From Arcobacteraceae bacterium (GTDB lineage: Bacteria > Campylobacterota > Campylobacteria > Campylobacterales > Arcobacteraceae), in contig CBDCZH010000013.1 in the NCBI GenBank assembly GCA_965224485.1, positions 64,001 through 128,000 of the forward strand: DNA of 64,000 nt, read 5' to 3'. The position numbers were made by a program, and so were the translations under genes. Shown in pieces: positions 9,439 through 20,621 of this stretch (position 1 is the first letter of the stretch; each line of letters starts with the position of its first letter). The notes beneath the pieces were generated by a model, which was not told where the DNA came from, made no database searches, and saw only the letters and a program-made list of their open reading frames with translations.

Positions 9439-10253
9439 TATTGTACTCTTTTAAGCCACTTTGTATCAACTAACCATTTTTGGTAAAGGTTTTTAGAAAA
9501 ATTAAGAATTTTATCTTCTTGCATTTGTCTTAAAAAGTTATTTAACCAGTTTAAAAAATCAGGATCACCTTTTCTAATAGCCCAAGCTAATGGTTCATAT
9601 GTTAGTGGTTTATCTAGGTGAACTAATCTACCTTTCCCCTTTTCTGCCATAAAAAGTACATTATAAGGTTGGTCATAAACCATAGCATCTGCTCTACCAT
9701 TTAACACTTCAGCTGATGCATCAGCTTCTGTTTCAAAGGTTAAGATTTTTGCTTTTTTAAAAAATTTTCTAGCTGCAATTTCGCCAGTAACTCCCAGTCT
9801 AGATACTATAGTAAACTCTTCTTTATCTAAATCTTTTGCAGTTTTAATTTTTCCTTCATGTTTCTTATTCATAAGAATTGTTTGGCCTACAACAATATAT
9901 GGATTTGCAAAGTTAACTTTTAAGTTTCTTGTTTGCGTAACTGTCATGGCTGAAATAATAATATCAAACTTAGAAGTAATTAAACCTGCAATTATTCCAT
10001 CAAAAGATGTAGGAATTAATTTTAGTTTAACACCCATTTCTTTTGCCATTTTTTTAGCCATATCTACATCATAACCAATAAGTCTACCCTTTTTATCTTT
10101 CATCTCAAAAGGCATATAGCCTGGATCCAACGCAACTCTTAGTTCACCTCTGTCTAAAATTTTATTCAAAGTAGATTTTTCCCAAAGTTTTATATCGTCC
10201 GCAAAAATATTCACAGATAACATTAAAACTAATGCTAACAACAATTTCTTCAT
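9438..10253 (-). CDS. Amino-acid ABC transporter substrate-binding protein
   Basis: Signal peptide; YMPFEM, GYDVDMA, FDIIISAMT, AWAIRKGD. Confidence 0.9.
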   Translation of the reverse strand: MKKLLLALVLMLSVNIFADDIKLWEKSTLNKILDRGELRVALDPGYMPFEMKDKKGRLIGYDVDMAKKMAKEMGVKLKLIPTSFDGIIAGLITSKFDIIISAMTVTQTRNLKVNFANPYIVVGQTILMNKKHEGKIKTAKDLDKEEFTIVSRLGVTGEIAARKFFKKAKILTFETEADASAEVLNGRADAMVYDQPYNVLFMAEKGKGRLVHLDKPLTYEPLAWAIRKGDPDFLNWLNNFLRQMQEDKILNFSKNLYQKWLVDTKWLKRVQ

Positions 10254-10297
10254 ATTTTTTCCTTTTTTTTGATTTAACGTAAATTTGACTAGATTAT

Positions 10298-11038
10298 TTA
10301 GTGCATTAAAATTTCATTTAGAAACTTTTTCGCTCTTGGTGAGTTTGGATTAGTGAAAAATGCTTCTGGAGTATTTTGTTCAACAATAACACCTTCATCC
10401 ATAAATACAATTCGGTCACCAACTTCTTTAGCAAAACCCATTTCGTGAGTTACACAAACAATAGTGTAATTCTCTTTTGCTAAATCTTGCATAACAGATA
10501 AAACATCACCAATTGTTTCAGGATCTAGGGCTGAAGTAGGTTCATCAAATAACAGAACCTTTGGTTTCATTGCAAGTGATCTTGCAATTGCAACTCTTTG
10601 TTTTTGACCACCTGATAAATCAGCTGGATATGAAGATGCTTTATCTTCAAGTTTAACTTTTTTTAGAAGTTCCATAGCTATTTTATTTGCATCTTCTTTT
10701 TTTGCTTTTTTAACTAAAGTCTGGGCCAAAGTAATATTTTCTAAAATAGTTAGGTGAGGAAAAAGATTAAAATGTTGAAATACCATTCCAACTTCACTTC
10801 TAATTATTTTTAAGTTGTTTTTTTCATGTATATTTAGATTATCAACAATGATTTTACCAGAATCAACATCTTCTAAACCATTTATACATCTAATAAGTGT
10901 TGATTTTCCAGAACCAGAAGGTCCACATACTACAACAATTTCACCTCGTCCTACACTAAAATTAATATTTTTTAAAACATGAAAATCATCATAATATTTA
11001 TCTATGTTTATCATTTCTATAATTGTGCTTGTATTCAT
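10298..11038 (-). CDS. Amino-acid ABC transporter ATP-binding protein (GlnQ-like)
   Basis: [41 protein letters not shown]. Confidence 0.93.
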   Translation of the reverse strand: MNTSTIIEMINIDKYYDDFHVLKNINFSVGRGEIVVVCGPSGSGKSTLIRCINGLEDVDSGKIIVDNLNIHEKNNLKIIRSEVGMVFQHFNLFPHLTILENITLAQTLVKKAKKEDANKIAMELLKKVKLEDKASSYPADLSGGQKQRVAIARSLAMKPKVLLFDEPTSALDPETIGDVLSVMQDLAKENYTIVCVTHEMGFAKEVGDRIVFMDEGVIVEQNTPEAFFTNPNSPRAKKFLNEILMH

Positions 11039-11153
11039 TAATACTCTCTTTAAAATTAATCTTTTATTTTATAATAATAATAGTTAATAAAAAGTTAATA
11101 TTCTTTTGAATTAATGACATATAAGGTATCATAGGCAAAATTAAAGGAAATAA

Positions 11154-12038
11154 ATGCTATTTGTTAAATTAAAAGAGTTTAAAGCAGATATTTTACTATT
11201 AAGTGTAGCTATTGCTTGGGGTGTAACTTTTTTAATGGTACAAGATGCAATTAAAACTGTACCTGTTTATTCGTTTTTATTTGCAAGGTTTGCTCTTGCA
11301 AGTATATTAATGTTTTTAATTTCTTATAAAAGATTAAAACACTTAAATAAAGAAGCTGTTTTTTATGGTGTAATTTTAGGTTCTGCTTTATTTGCTGGTT
11401 TTTCAACACAAACATTTGGCCTTCTTTATACGAAAAGTTCAATTGTTGCTTTTATAACTGGATTTAATGTTATTTTTGTTCCTTTTTTAAGTTATATGTT
11501 TTTTAAAGATAAAATAAGATTTAATGTATTTATAGCTTCATTAATTGCTTTAGCGGGACTTTATTTATTAACAATGAGTGGTAAACTAAGTTTTGGTTTT
11601 GGAGAGTTTTTAGTTTTAATATGTGCAATGATGTTTGCAATTCATATAATTCTAACAGGAAAGTTTTCAAAAAAGGCTGATGTTTTTTTAATAGTATGTT
11701 TTCAGCTCTTAACAGTAAGCATTCTTTCAATGATTTTTTCACTTTTTTTTGAAGAAAGTACTTTTATTATTTCTTTAGATTATACTTTTGTAAAAGCTCT
11801 TTTAGTAACAGCCGTTTTTGCAACAGTATATGCTTTTTTAATTCAAACCTATATGCAACAATATACAAGTGCTAGTAAGACAGCTATTATTTTTACTATG
11901 GAGCCTTTAAGTGCGGCTTTTTATGGATATGCAGTTGGAAATGAAACTATGACTTATATTCAAATAATAGGAGCAATATGTATTATAATTGCTATGTTAA
12001 TTTCGGAATTAAAATTTAAGAATTTTCTAAAAAAATAA
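11154..12038 (+). CDS. DMT/EamA family transporter
   Basis: About 10 hydrophobic segments; WGVTF, QTFGLLYT, IFTMEP. Confidence 0.88.
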   Translation: MLFVKLKEFKADILLLSVAIAWGVTFLMVQDAIKTVPVYSFLFARFALASILMFLISYKRLKHLNKEAVFYGVILGSALFAGFSTQTFGLLYTKSSIVAFITGFNVIFVPFLSYMFFKDKIRFNVFIASLIALAGLYLLTMSGKLSFGFGEFLVLICAMMFAIHIILTGKFSKKADVFLIVCFQLLTVSILSMIFSLFFEESTFIISLDYTFVKALLVTAVFATVYAFLIQTYMQQYTSASKTAIIFTMEPLSAAFYGYAVGNETMTYIQIIGAICIIIAMLISELKFKNFLKK

Positions 12039-12055
12039 GGAGCTAGAAGCTTAGG

Positions 12056-13123
12056 TTATAAACCGTTTGCTTCTATTAGTCTTGCTTGATGGTCAGTTAT
12101 TAAAGGATCAATTATTTCATCAAATAATCCATCATTCATAATATAATCAAGTCTATATAACGTTAAGTTAATTCTATGGTCACTAATTCTATTTTGTGGA
12201 TAATTATATGTTCTAATTCTTCCACTTCTATCACCAGTTCCCACTTGTTCTTTACGCTCAACACCCTCTTTTTTCATTTTCTCTTGCATTTCTAAATCAA
12301 AAAGCCTAGCTTTTAAAACTTTCATAGCTCTATCTTTATTTTTATGCTGAGATTTTTGATCTTGATTTGTTACAACTATACCAGAAGGTAAATGAGTAAT
12401 TCTAACAGCTGAATCTGTAGTATTTACAGATTGTCCACCATTACCACTAGCTCTCATAACATCAATTTTTAAGTCATTTGCATTAATATCAATTTCAATA
12501 TCATCAACTTCAGGCATAACAGCAACTGTTATAGCAGAAGTGTGAACTCTTCCTTGAGATTCTGTGTCAGGAACTCTTTGAACTCTGTGTGTTCCACCTT
12601 CAAACTTCAGTTTTGAGTAAACATGGCTACCTTTAATTAAAGCAATAATTTCTTTGTACCCACCAGCTTCACTCTCACTTTGGCTCATAAGTTCAACTTT
12701 CCAACCATTGTTTTCAGCATATTTTAGGTAACCCTTAAATAAATCACCAACAAATATAGCAGCTTCATCTCCACCTGCACCTGCACGTAGTTCCAAATAA
12801 ATATTCTTATCATCATTTGGATCAGTAGGAATCATTAAGAATTTAATCTCTTCTTCGAGTTTTGGTTTTAAGGCCTCAAGCTCTTTTAATTCTTCTTTTG
12901 CAAGTTCAGCTAGGTCTGAATCATCAAGCAGCATTTTATTCTCTTCAATATCGTTAATTGTTTGAATATACTCTTTTGCTATAGTAACAATAGAGGAAAT
13001 ACTAGCTTGCTCTTTGGAAAGCTCAGTCATCTTTTTTATATCAGTTATAATAGCAGTAGAGATCAACATCTCGTTAATCTCATCATGTCTATCTATAAAT
13101 GTTTGCAGTTTATCTTGTAGCAT
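12056..13123 (-). CDS. prfA: Peptide chain release factor 1
   Basis: GGQ motif (SGNGGQSVN), PxT motif (RVPDTE), RIRTYN. Confidence 0.97.
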   Translation of the reverse strand: MLQDKLQTFIDRHDEINEMLISTAIITDIKKMTELSKEQASISSIVTIAKEYIQTINDIEENKMLLDDSDLAELAKEELKELEALKPKLEEEIKFLMIPTDPNDDKNIYLELRAGAGGDEAAIFVGDLFKGYLKYAENNGWKVELMSQSESEAGGYKEIIALIKGSHVYSKLKFEGGTHRVQRVPDTESQGRVHTSAITVAVMPEVDDIEIDINANDLKIDVMRASGNGGQSVNTTDSAVRITHLPSGIVVTNQDQKSQHKNKDRAMKVLKARLFDLEMQEKMKKEGVERKEQVGTGDRSGRIRTYNYPQNRISDHRINLTLYRLDYIMNDGLFDEIIDPLITDHQARLIEANGL

Positions 13124-13179
13124 CTGTTTTTATATCTTTAATTTAAAATATGTAAAACTATATAAGACTTTAAAAAGAA

Positions 13180-13440
13180 TTATACAGCGTTTACTTTTAA
13201 TTGTAATCTAGAAACTTTTCTTGCAGCAGTACCTTTTTTAAGTATACCTTTTGCAACACAATGGTGAACATATTTATTTGCAGTTTTCATTGCTAATAAA
13301 GCTTTTTCTTTATCACCTGATTCAACAGAAGTCAATACTTCTTTTGTAATATTTTTAAGTCTTGTTTTGTAAAATCTATTTCTCTCAGTTCTTACTTTTG
13401 TTTGTCTTGCTCTTTTTTCAGCAGATTTATGATTTGCCAT
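13180..13440 (-). CDS. rpsT: 30S ribosomal protein S20
   Basis: [13 protein letters not shown]...AARKVSRL. Confidence 0.97.
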   Translation of the reverse strand: MANHKSAEKRARQTKVRTERNRFYKTRLKNITKEVLTSVESGDKEKALLAMKTANKYVHHCVAKGILKKGTAARKVSRLQLKVNAV

Positions 13441-13541
13441 CGTTATTTAACCTCTTTGTAAAATTTTTAAGGGTAGAATATTATCTTAATAACTTTAAAG
13501 TAAGGTTAAAATAAGTTTAGTTTAAACATTTAGGAAAGATA

Positions 13542-14876
13542 ATGAAATTATTTGGGACAGATGGAGTAAGAGGAAAAGCTGGAGAGTTTTTAGACGCAAT
13601 GACAACAATGAAGTTAGCTATGGCTGCTGGAATATATTTTAGAAAACACTCAAGTTCGAATAAAATTTTAGTAGGAAAAGATACTAGAAGAAGTGGTTAT
13701 ATGATTGAAAATGCCTTAGTTTCAGGGCTAACTGCTGTTGGTTATGATGTTATTCAAATAGGTCCAATGCCAACACCTGCAATTGCATATTTAACAGAAT
13801 CAATGCGTTGTGATGCTGGTATTATGATTTCTGCGTCTCATAATCCTTATGATGATAATGGTATTAAGTTTTTTGATAACCATGGAGATAAGTTGGGACT
13901 AAGTTGCGAAGAAGAGATAGAAAAGATATTTTTTAATGATGAAGTTCTTTATAAAGCTTTAGCCACAGGTAAAAATATTGGTTTTTCTAAAAGAATTGAT
14001 GATGTTATTGGACGATATATCGTTTCAATTAAAAGTTCTTTTCCAAAAAACTTATCTTTAAAAGGTATAAGAATAGTTCTTGATTGTGCAAATGGAGCTG
14101 CTTATAAAGTAGGGCCTACAATTTTAGAAGAGTTAGGTGCGGATTTAATTGTAATTAATAATAAACCAGATGGTTTTAATATAAACGAAGATTGTGGAGC
14201 CTTACATCCTAAAAATGTAGGAAAAATAGTACGTGAAGTTAGAGCTGATATAGGAATTGCTTTAGATGGTGATGCTGATAGATTAGTTGTTGTTGATGAA
14301 TTAGGAGAAGTAGTTCATGGAGATAAACTTTTAGGCGCTTTATGTGTATATTTAAATAAAGAAAATACCCTTCAAGGTCAAGCTTGTGTGGCTACAGTTA
14401 TGAGTAATCAAGCTTTAGAAGATTATTTAGATTCACATGATTTAGGTTTAAAAAGAACTGATGTTGGTGATAAACATGTTTTAAAAACAATGAAAGATGA
14501 TTGTGTAAATTTTGGAGGGGAACAAAGTGGTCATATAATTTTCTCAGATGTTGCAAAAACAGGAGATGGTTTAGCTTCTGCATTACAAGTCTTAGCCTTA
14601 ATTATTAAATCAGGTAAAAAAGCTAGTGAAGTGTTGAATGTGTTTGAATTATATCCTCAAAAATTAGTTAATTTAAAAGTTGATAAAAAAATACCTTTAG
14701 ATGAAATTAAAGGTTTAGCTGAAATTTTAAAAGATATTAAAGCTAAGGGAATGCGAGAGCTAATAAGATATTCAGGGACTGAAAATAAGCTAAGAGTTTT
14801 ATTAGAAGGTAAGAATAAAAAAGAAGTTGAAGATACTATGAATAAGTTAGTTTCTTTTTTAGAAAAGCATTTGTAA
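13542..14876 (+). CDS. glmM: Phosphoglucosamine mutase
   Basis: [34 protein letters not shown]. Confidence 0.97.
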   Translation: MKLFGTDGVRGKAGEFLDAMTTMKLAMAAGIYFRKHSSSNKILVGKDTRRSGYMIENALVSGLTAVGYDVIQIGPMPTPAIAYLTESMRCDAGIMISASHNPYDDNGIKFFDNHGDKLGLSCEEEIEKIFFNDEVLYKALATGKNIGFSKRIDDVIGRYIVSIKSSFPKNLSLKGIRIVLDCANGAAYKVGPTILEELGADLIVINNKPDGFNINEDCGALHPKNVGKIVREVRADIGIALDGDADRLVVVDELGEVVHGDKLLGALCVYLNKENTLQGQACVATVMSNQALEDYLDSHDLGLKRTDVGDKHVLKTMKDDCVNFGGEQSGHIIFSDVAKTGDGLASALQVLALIIKSGKKASEVLNVFELYPQKLVNLKVDKKIPLDEIKGLAEILKDIKAKGMRELIRYSGTENKLRVLLEGKNKKEVEDTMNKLVSFLEKHL

Positions 14877-14878
14877 AA

Positions 14879-15337
14879 ATGAATAAAAAAAGATTCTTCT
14901 TTCTTTTAATATTTTTACTTTTTTGTGATCAATATATAAAATATGGTTTTGTTTATTTTAACTGGGGCTATGATGGCCCTGTTATCTCTTTAACCTTGGC
15001 TTATAACTATGGTGTTGCTTTCTCAATGTTAAGCTTTTTACAAGAATATTTAAAATATGTGCAACTTTGTATTTTGTTTGCAGGACTTATATATTTGTAT
15101 TTTAATAAAGATGTTTTCACACGATACTCCTTAGCTATTTGCATTTTACTAGCTGGTGGACTTTCTAATATTTTAGATAGATTTACTTATGGAGCAGTAG
15201 TTGATTATGTTTATTGGCATTATAAATTTGACTTTGCTATTTTTAATTTAGCAGATGTATTAATTGATTTTGCAATTGTACTAATTATATATTTACAATA
15301 TAAACACAATAAAGAAGAGAAACAAACTAATAAATAG
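14879..15337 (+). CDS. lspA: Lipoprotein signal peptidase II
   Basis: DQYIK, NYGVAFS, NILDR, VVDY, FNLAD. Confidence 0.95.
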   Translation: MNKKRFFFLLIFLLFCDQYIKYGFVYFNWGYDGPVISLTLAYNYGVAFSMLSFLQEYLKYVQLCILFAGLIYLYFNKDVFTRYSLAICILLAGGLSNILDRFTYGAVVDYVYWHYKFDFAIFNLADVLIDFAIVLIIYLQYKHNKEEKQTNK

Positions 15338-15418
15338 ATTAATTGAGAGCTTAAATGATTTTTAGTTATACTTAAAAAAATGACTTCAATTAGTTAAAAT
15401 ACAGTGAAAAGAGAATTT

Positions 15419-16687
15419 ATGGGTCAAACAATTACAGAAAAAATATTTAGCGAACATGTAAATAGAGAAGTTTATGCAGGTGAAATTATCAGATGTGATA
15501 TAGATATGGTAATTGGTAATGATATTACGACACCAATTTCAATAAAAGCTTTTGAAGAAAGTGGTAAAGAAACATTAGCAAATCCTGAAGGCTTCGCAAT
15601 TGTTTTAGACCATTTTATTCCAGCAAAAGATATAGCAAGTGCAAATCAAGCAAAAATCTCAAGAGAATTTGCTTATAAACATGACTTAAAATATTTCTTT
15701 GATGAAAAAGATATGGGAATTGAGCATGCTTTATTACCTGAAAAAGGTTTAGTTCTTCCAGGTGATGTTATTATTGGAGCTGATTCTCATACCTGTACCC
15801 ATGGTGCACTTGGGGCCTTTTCAACTGGTATGGGATCTACTGATATTTCTTTTGGAATGATTACAGGAGGAAACTGGTTTAAAGTTCCTGCTTCTATTAA
15901 AGTTGTATTTAAAGGGAAACCTTCTAAAAATGTAACAGGAAAAGATTTAATCTTAGAAATTATTAGAATTTTAGGTGTTGATGGAGCTTTATATCAAGCC
16001 TTAGAATTTACAGGTGATACCATTCAATATTTAAGTATGGATGACAGATTTTCTTTATGTAATATGGCTATTGAAGCTGGAGCTAAAAATGGTATTGTTG
16101 CTTATGATGATATAACTAAAGAGTTTTTAGATTCACGAGAAAGTTTAAGAGCTGAACCAAAAATTCATTATTCTGATGATGATGCTTCTTATATTAGAGT
16201 GATTGAAATTGACGTAGCTGCACTTGAACCAGTTATTGCTTATCCATTTTTACCATCAAATGGTCATCCTTTATCTCAAGCAGTTGCAGATGAGATCAGA
16301 GTTGATCAAGTATTTATAGGTTCATGTACAAATGGACGATTAAGTGATTTTAAAGTGGCTGCTGAAATATTAAAAGATAAAAAAGTAGCAAGGCATGTAA
16401 GATTAATAATAACTCCAGGAACACAAAAAATTCTAAAAGATGCCAACAAAGCAGGTTATATTGATATTTTAATTGACGCAGGTGCTGTTGTATCAAATCC
16501 TACTTGTGGAGCATGTTTAGGTGGATATATGGGAATTTTAGGTGATGATGAGGTTTGTATCTCTACAACTAATAGAAACTTTGTAGGACGAATGGGCTCA
16601 AGAAGCTCAAAAATATACTTATCTAACTCAGCAGTTGCAGCAGCTTCTGCTATTTCTGGATATATTACGGATCCTGCTTCAGTATAA
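15419..16687 (+). CDS. leuC: 3-isopropylmalate dehydratase large subunit (short HacA/LeuC type)
   Basis: MGQTITEKI start (ATG 15419), GADSHTCT, GSCTNGR, CGACLG, STTNRNF. Confidence 0.9.
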   Translation: MGQTITEKIFSEHVNREVYAGEIIRCDIDMVIGNDITTPISIKAFEESGKETLANPEGFAIVLDHFIPAKDIASANQAKISREFAYKHDLKYFFDEKDMGIEHALLPEKGLVLPGDVIIGADSHTCTHGALGAFSTGMGSTDISFGMITGGNWFKVPASIKVVFKGKPSKNVTGKDLILEIIRILGVDGALYQALEFTGDTIQYLSMDDRFSLCNMAIEAGAKNGIVAYDDITKEFLDSRESLRAEPKIHYSDDDASYIRVIEIDVAALEPVIAYPFLPSNGHPLSQAVADEIRVDQVFIGSCTNGRLSDFKVAAEILKDKKVARHVRLIITPGTQKILKDANKAGYIDILIDAGAVVSNPTCGACLGGYMGILGDDEVCISTTNRNFVGRMGSRSSKIYLSNSAVAAASAISGYITDPASV

Positions 16688-16710
16688 GAGTTGAAAACTC
16701 TTATACTGAA
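16678..16710. terminator. 15-bp perfect hairpin overlapping the leuC stop
   Basis: TTCAGTATAAGAGTT-GAA-AACTCTTATACTGAA. Confidence 0.5.
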
Positions 16711-16732
16711 AATGAAAAATGAATAGTGAAAA

Positions 16733-17335
16733 ATGGAAAAAACCATAAACCATCAACCAGAAACCATCAACTATCCTCTTGACTTGCCTTTGGTGATTCT
16801 TTGCGGGGGCAAGAGCTCTCGTATGGGAAAAGATAAAGCATTACTTCCTTTTGCCAAGAAAAACTCTTTAGCACAGTTTCAATACGATAGATTGAAGCCT
16901 TTTTTTAAAAATATTTATCTTTCTTCTAAAATAGATAAATTTGATTTTCCTTGTGATATTATTTTTGATAAGGGTGAAACTTTTTCTCCTTTAATTGCGC
17001 TAGAAACTATATTAAACACTATTTCAAATAATAAAGTTTTTATCTTAAGTGTAGATACTCCTTTTGTTTCTTTAGAAACTATTAATATTTTAATTAAACA
17101 AAGCATATCTTATGATGCTTGTATTGCTAAAACAAAAAGATTGCACTCTTTATGTGGCGTTTTTGATAAGTCTTGCTTAGATAAGATAAAAACAATGTTA
17201 GCAAGTGATATGCATAAGATAGGCTTTTTATTAAAAGATGTAAATACAAATATTATTTCTTTTAAAAATGATGATGAATTTTTAAATTTAAATTGCCCAG
17301 AAGATTACCAAAAAGCTCTTAGTCTCGAATCCTAG
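16733..17335 (+). CDS. mobA: Molybdenum cofactor guanylyltransferase
   Basis: ILCGGKSSRMGKDKALL, SVDTPF, FLNLNCPED. Confidence 0.9.
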   Translation: MEKTINHQPETINYPLDLPLVILCGGKSSRMGKDKALLPFAKKNSLAQFQYDRLKPFFKNIYLSSKIDKFDFPCDIIFDKGETFSPLIALETILNTISNNKVFILSVDTPFVSLETINILIKQSISYDACIAKTKRLHSLCGVFDKSCLDKIKTMLASDMHKIGFLLKDVNTNIISFKNDDEFLNLNCPEDYQKALSLES

Positions 17336-17443
17336 TATAAGTTTTTCTAATAATTATTATTATATATTTTAAGCTAAATTTAAGTTTTATATAACATAAT
17401 CTTTGTTATTGTATTATAAGAAAAAATTATAAAGGAAATTCTT

Positions 17444-18916
17444 ATGATACATAAAGGACTGAGTGATTCTTTAGAAATTCTTGATTTTGAGTTAAAAAAG
17501 CAAGGTATTTCAAGAAGAGATGCATTTAAATTAGCAGGACTTGGTTCAGCAACTTTTTTATTAAATCCAAGTGAAGCAGAAGCTAGTTCATCTTTAAGTG
17601 CAAGTGATATAAAAGCTAAGATTGTAATTGTTGGTGGAGGACTTGCAGGAATATCGACAGCTGCTAGGCTTACAAATATGCTTGCAAACCCTGATATTAC
17701 TATTATTGAACCAAATCCTAATTCTAGTTCATATCAACCAGGGAATACATTAATTGCTTCTGGAATTTACGAAAAATCAGATGTAATATATAAAACAAAA
17801 GATTTTTTACCAGATGATGCTAAATTAATAGTAGAAAAAGCTGTTGCTTTTGATCCTGATAATAATAAATTAAGCTTAGAAAGTGGTAAAGAAATCACTT
17901 ACGATTATTTAATAATTGCAGCTGGTTTAAAACTTAATTTTGCTGCAATTAAAGGCCTTGAAGAAATAGGTGAACTTACAACTTCAGGTGATGCAAGTTT
18001 ACAGAGAAAAGTCTTTAAAAACTCTTCTGCTTGTTCAATTTATACTACTGATGGTGCTGTTGATACATGGCAAGTAATGCAAAAATTTGTAAATGAAGCA
18101 AAAAGTGGTAAAAAAGTAAATGCTGTATTTACTCACCCAAATACTGCTATTAAATGTGGTGGTGCTCCTAAAAAAATCATGTATCTAACAAATGCTAGGT
18201 TAAATGAAGCAGGTAAAGAAGCTAGAAATAATGCAAACTTAACTTTTTATCCAAATGGAAGTAAAATGTTTGGGGTGCCTGAATATCACGATGCTATAGT
18301 TAAACAGTTTATAAAAAGAGATATGAAATGGGAATATAAACATAATCTTACTTCTGTTGATTTAGAGGCAAAAACAGCTACTTTTGATAACTTTTGGGAC
18401 GAAAAAGGTGAATTTGATAAAGATTTAGAAGAGTATGAAATGATTACAAAACACAAAGATGTAATAGTTCCATATGATATGTTGCATATTACACCACCTA
18501 TGAAAGCTCCTGATGAAATAGGAAATTCCCAACTTGGATCAAAAAAAGGATATATTCCTGTAAATAAAGAGACTCTACAACATGTGAAATTTGCTAATGT
18601 ATTTGCTCTTGGAGATATCGCTGCTGTTCCTATGGGAAAAACTGGTGGAAGTGTAAGAAAACAATATAAAGTTTTAGTTGATAATTTAATATCACTAATG
18701 GAAGGTAAAGAATTAAGTTCTAAATATGAAGGTTATACTGTCTGCCCTTTAATTACTGACATTGGTAAAGTTATGTTAGCAGAATTTGATTGGAGTAAAA
18801 AACCAACTCCAACTTTTCCTTTGGATCCTTTGCAAGAGAGATATATTTGGTGGTTATTAAAGGTTTATGCTTTAAGACCAATGACTCAATATGGACTCTT
18901 AGCTGGTAAAGCTTAG
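17444..18916 (+). CDS. Tat-exported FAD-dependent sulfide:quinone oxidoreductase-like protein
   Basis: SRRDAFK twin-arginine motif; IVIVGGGLAG; IKCGGAPKK; VFALGD; YTVCPLIT. Confidence 0.8.
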   Translation: MIHKGLSDSLEILDFELKKQGISRRDAFKLAGLGSATFLLNPSEAEASSSLSASDIKAKIVIVGGGLAGISTAARLTNMLANPDITIIEPNPNSSSYQPGNTLIASGIYEKSDVIYKTKDFLPDDAKLIVEKAVAFDPDNNKLSLESGKEITYDYLIIAAGLKLNFAAIKGLEEIGELTTSGDASLQRKVFKNSSACSIYTTDGAVDTWQVMQKFVNEAKSGKKVNAVFTHPNTAIKCGGAPKKIMYLTNARLNEAGKEARNNANLTFYPNGSKMFGVPEYHDAIVKQFIKRDMKWEYKHNLTSVDLEAKTATFDNFWDEKGEFDKDLEEYEMITKHKDVIVPYDMLHITPPMKAPDEIGNSQLGSKKGYIPVNKETLQHVKFANVFALGDIAAVPMGKTGGSVRKQYKVLVDNLISLMEGKELSSKYEGYTVCPLITDIGKVMLAEFDWSKKPTPTFPLDPLQERYIWWLLKVYALRPMTQYGLLAGKA

Positions 18917-18968
18917 TATTTTAGTTTTAAGTTATAAGGGAATCTTTTAACTTAAAACAAATACAAAA

Positions 18969-19202
18969 TTGCTTGTGTCAATATATATGAAAGAATTATA
19001 CATATTTTTTATTATTTTATTTTTGTTATCTTTTTCTTTGCATTTTGAAGAATTTATAGCTAATCCTATACTTCATATTTTGAGTTTAAAAAATGCTGGA
19101 GTTTATGGTTTAGGATTTTTTCACCCTATCGTTTTTACAGGAGTGATTTATCTAATAATTCTTATCCCAAGAGTTATATATAAGATTTTTAAAAGAAATT
19201 AG
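18969..19202 (+). CDS. Small hypothetical membrane protein
   Basis: Two hydrophobic segments; true start may be ATG at 18987. Confidence 0.6.
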   Translation: MLVSIYMKELYIFFIILFLLSFSLHFEEFIANPILHILSLKNAGVYGLGFFHPIVFTGVIYLIILIPRVIYKIFKRN

Positions 19203-19206
19203 GCAT

Positions 19207-19243
19207 AAAAAAAGCTTTGAAGTAAACTTCAAAGCTTTTTTTT
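19207..19243. terminator. Bidirectional intrinsic terminator between convergent genes
   Basis: A7-GCTTTGAAG-TAAA-CTTCAAAGC-T tract. Confidence 0.85.
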
Positions 19244-19255
19244 GCAAATTTAAAA

Positions 19256-19615
19256 TTATTTTACTAAAGCATCTTTAGCAGCTTTTGCAACTGTAACAAA
19301 TGATTCAAAATCATTCATAGCCATATCAGCTAAGATTTTTCTATCTAATTCAATTTCAGCAATTTTTAAACCATTGATGAATCTTGAATAAGAGATGTCA
19401 TTTAATCTACAAGCAGCATTAATTCTAATGATCCAAAGCTTTCTAATATCTCTTTTCTTTTGTCTTCTATCTCTGTAAGCATAAACTAAAGAGTGTTCTA
19501 ATTGCTCTTTTGCTTTTCTAAAATGTTTACTTCTACCTGAAAAAAAACCTCTTGCGGCTTTTAATACTTTCTTATGTCTTCTTCTTCTTACTACACCAGT
19601 TTTAACTCTAGGCAT
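19256..19615 (-). CDS. rplT: 50S ribosomal protein L20
   Basis: [33 protein letters not shown]. Confidence 0.98.
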   Translation of the reverse strand: MPRVKTGVVRRRRHKKVLKAARGFFSGRSKHFRKAKEQLEHSLVYAYRDRRQKKRDIRKLWIIRINAACRLNDISYSRFINGLKIAEIELDRKILADMAMNDFESFVTVAKAAKDALVK

Positions 19616-19718
19616 TTCTTTCCTTTTACCGTATATTTTTATAAATATTGGGTGTCGATAATTAAATCGAACTTATCCACTTAATGTGGAGGGACTTATA
19701 ACTAACTAAAAAAGTTAA

Positions 19719-19916
19719 TTATGCTAGGCACAACATTCGTTTAACTCTTGTTGCATCTGCAGCTGAAACAGTTTTTGGACCTCTAAGATTTCTTTTAGTC
19801 TTTTGAGACATTTTAGTCAAGATATGACTTCTAAATGCTGATCCTCTTTTAATAGTACCATTCTTTTTTACTTTAAATCTTTTTAAAGCGCCACTATTAG
19901 ATTTCATCTTTGGCAT
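19719..19916 (-). CDS. rpmI: 50S ribosomal protein L35
   Basis: [16 protein letters not shown]...SHILTK. Confidence 0.97.
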   Translation of the reverse strand: MPKMKSNSGALKRFKVKKNGTIKRGSAFRSHILTKMSQKTKRNLRGPKTVSAADATRVKRMLCLA

Positions 19917-20081
19917 ATGAATCTCCTTTTAAATTTGCAATTTCTTATTCTGTATGAATACAAGATAGAAAAAGTTTGAGATTATACTTAAATTCTTCTT
20001 TAATTACGGTTAAATTATTTTAGGGGAGTGTTTTATCTAAGAGTAAGTGATAAAATATAATATTTTATCACTTAAAAAGTA

Positions 20082-20621
20082 CTACTTCTTACTAGTTTCA
20101 TCTTTTTTAGGAAGAGTTAACATATTTACATATCTTCCTTCAAGTCTTGGTTCTTTATCCATTACAGCGATATCTTCAACCATTGGCCAAACTCTTCTAA
20201 GAACTTCAGCTCCAACTTGTGGATGAGCCATCTCTCTACCTCTTAAGAATACTCTAAATTTTACATGATTTCCAGCTTCTAAGAACTCTCGTGCATGTTT
20301 TACTTTGTAAGAAATATCATTTTCAGCAATTTTCACAGATAGTTTAATTTCTTTAACTACTATTACTTTTTGATTTTTTCTAGCTTCTTTTTTCTTTTTT
20401 TCTTGTTGATATTTAAACTTACCATAATCCATGATCTTAGCAACAGGAGGTTTAGCATCTGGTGCTATTAATACTAAATCTAAACCTAATTCATCAGCAG
20501 TGTTCTGTGCATCTCTTGTTGGAATAATTCCATAATTAGTTCCTTCATCACTAGTACATCTAACTTCTCTCGCCATGATGTCGTCATTCATGATTACATT
20601 GTTTTTATTGCCTCTACTCAA
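20082..20621 (-). CDS. infC: Translation initiation factor IF-3 (TTG start overlapping thrS stop)
   Basis: [32 protein letters not shown]. Confidence 0.96.
   Translation of the reverse strand: MSRGNKNNVIMNDDIMAREVRCTSDEGTNYGIIPTRDAQNTADELGLDLVLIAPDAKPPVAKIMDYGKFKYQQEKKKKEARKNQKVIVVKEIKLSVKIAENDISYKVKHAREFLEAGNHVKFRVFLRGREMAHPQVGAEVLRRVWPMVEDIAVMDKEPRLEGRYVNMLTLPKKDETSKK

Noticed and set aside
20618..20621. TTG rather than ATT start of infC as a novelty
   Set aside because: A weak non-ATG start coupled to thrS is compatible with ordinary IF3 autoregulation
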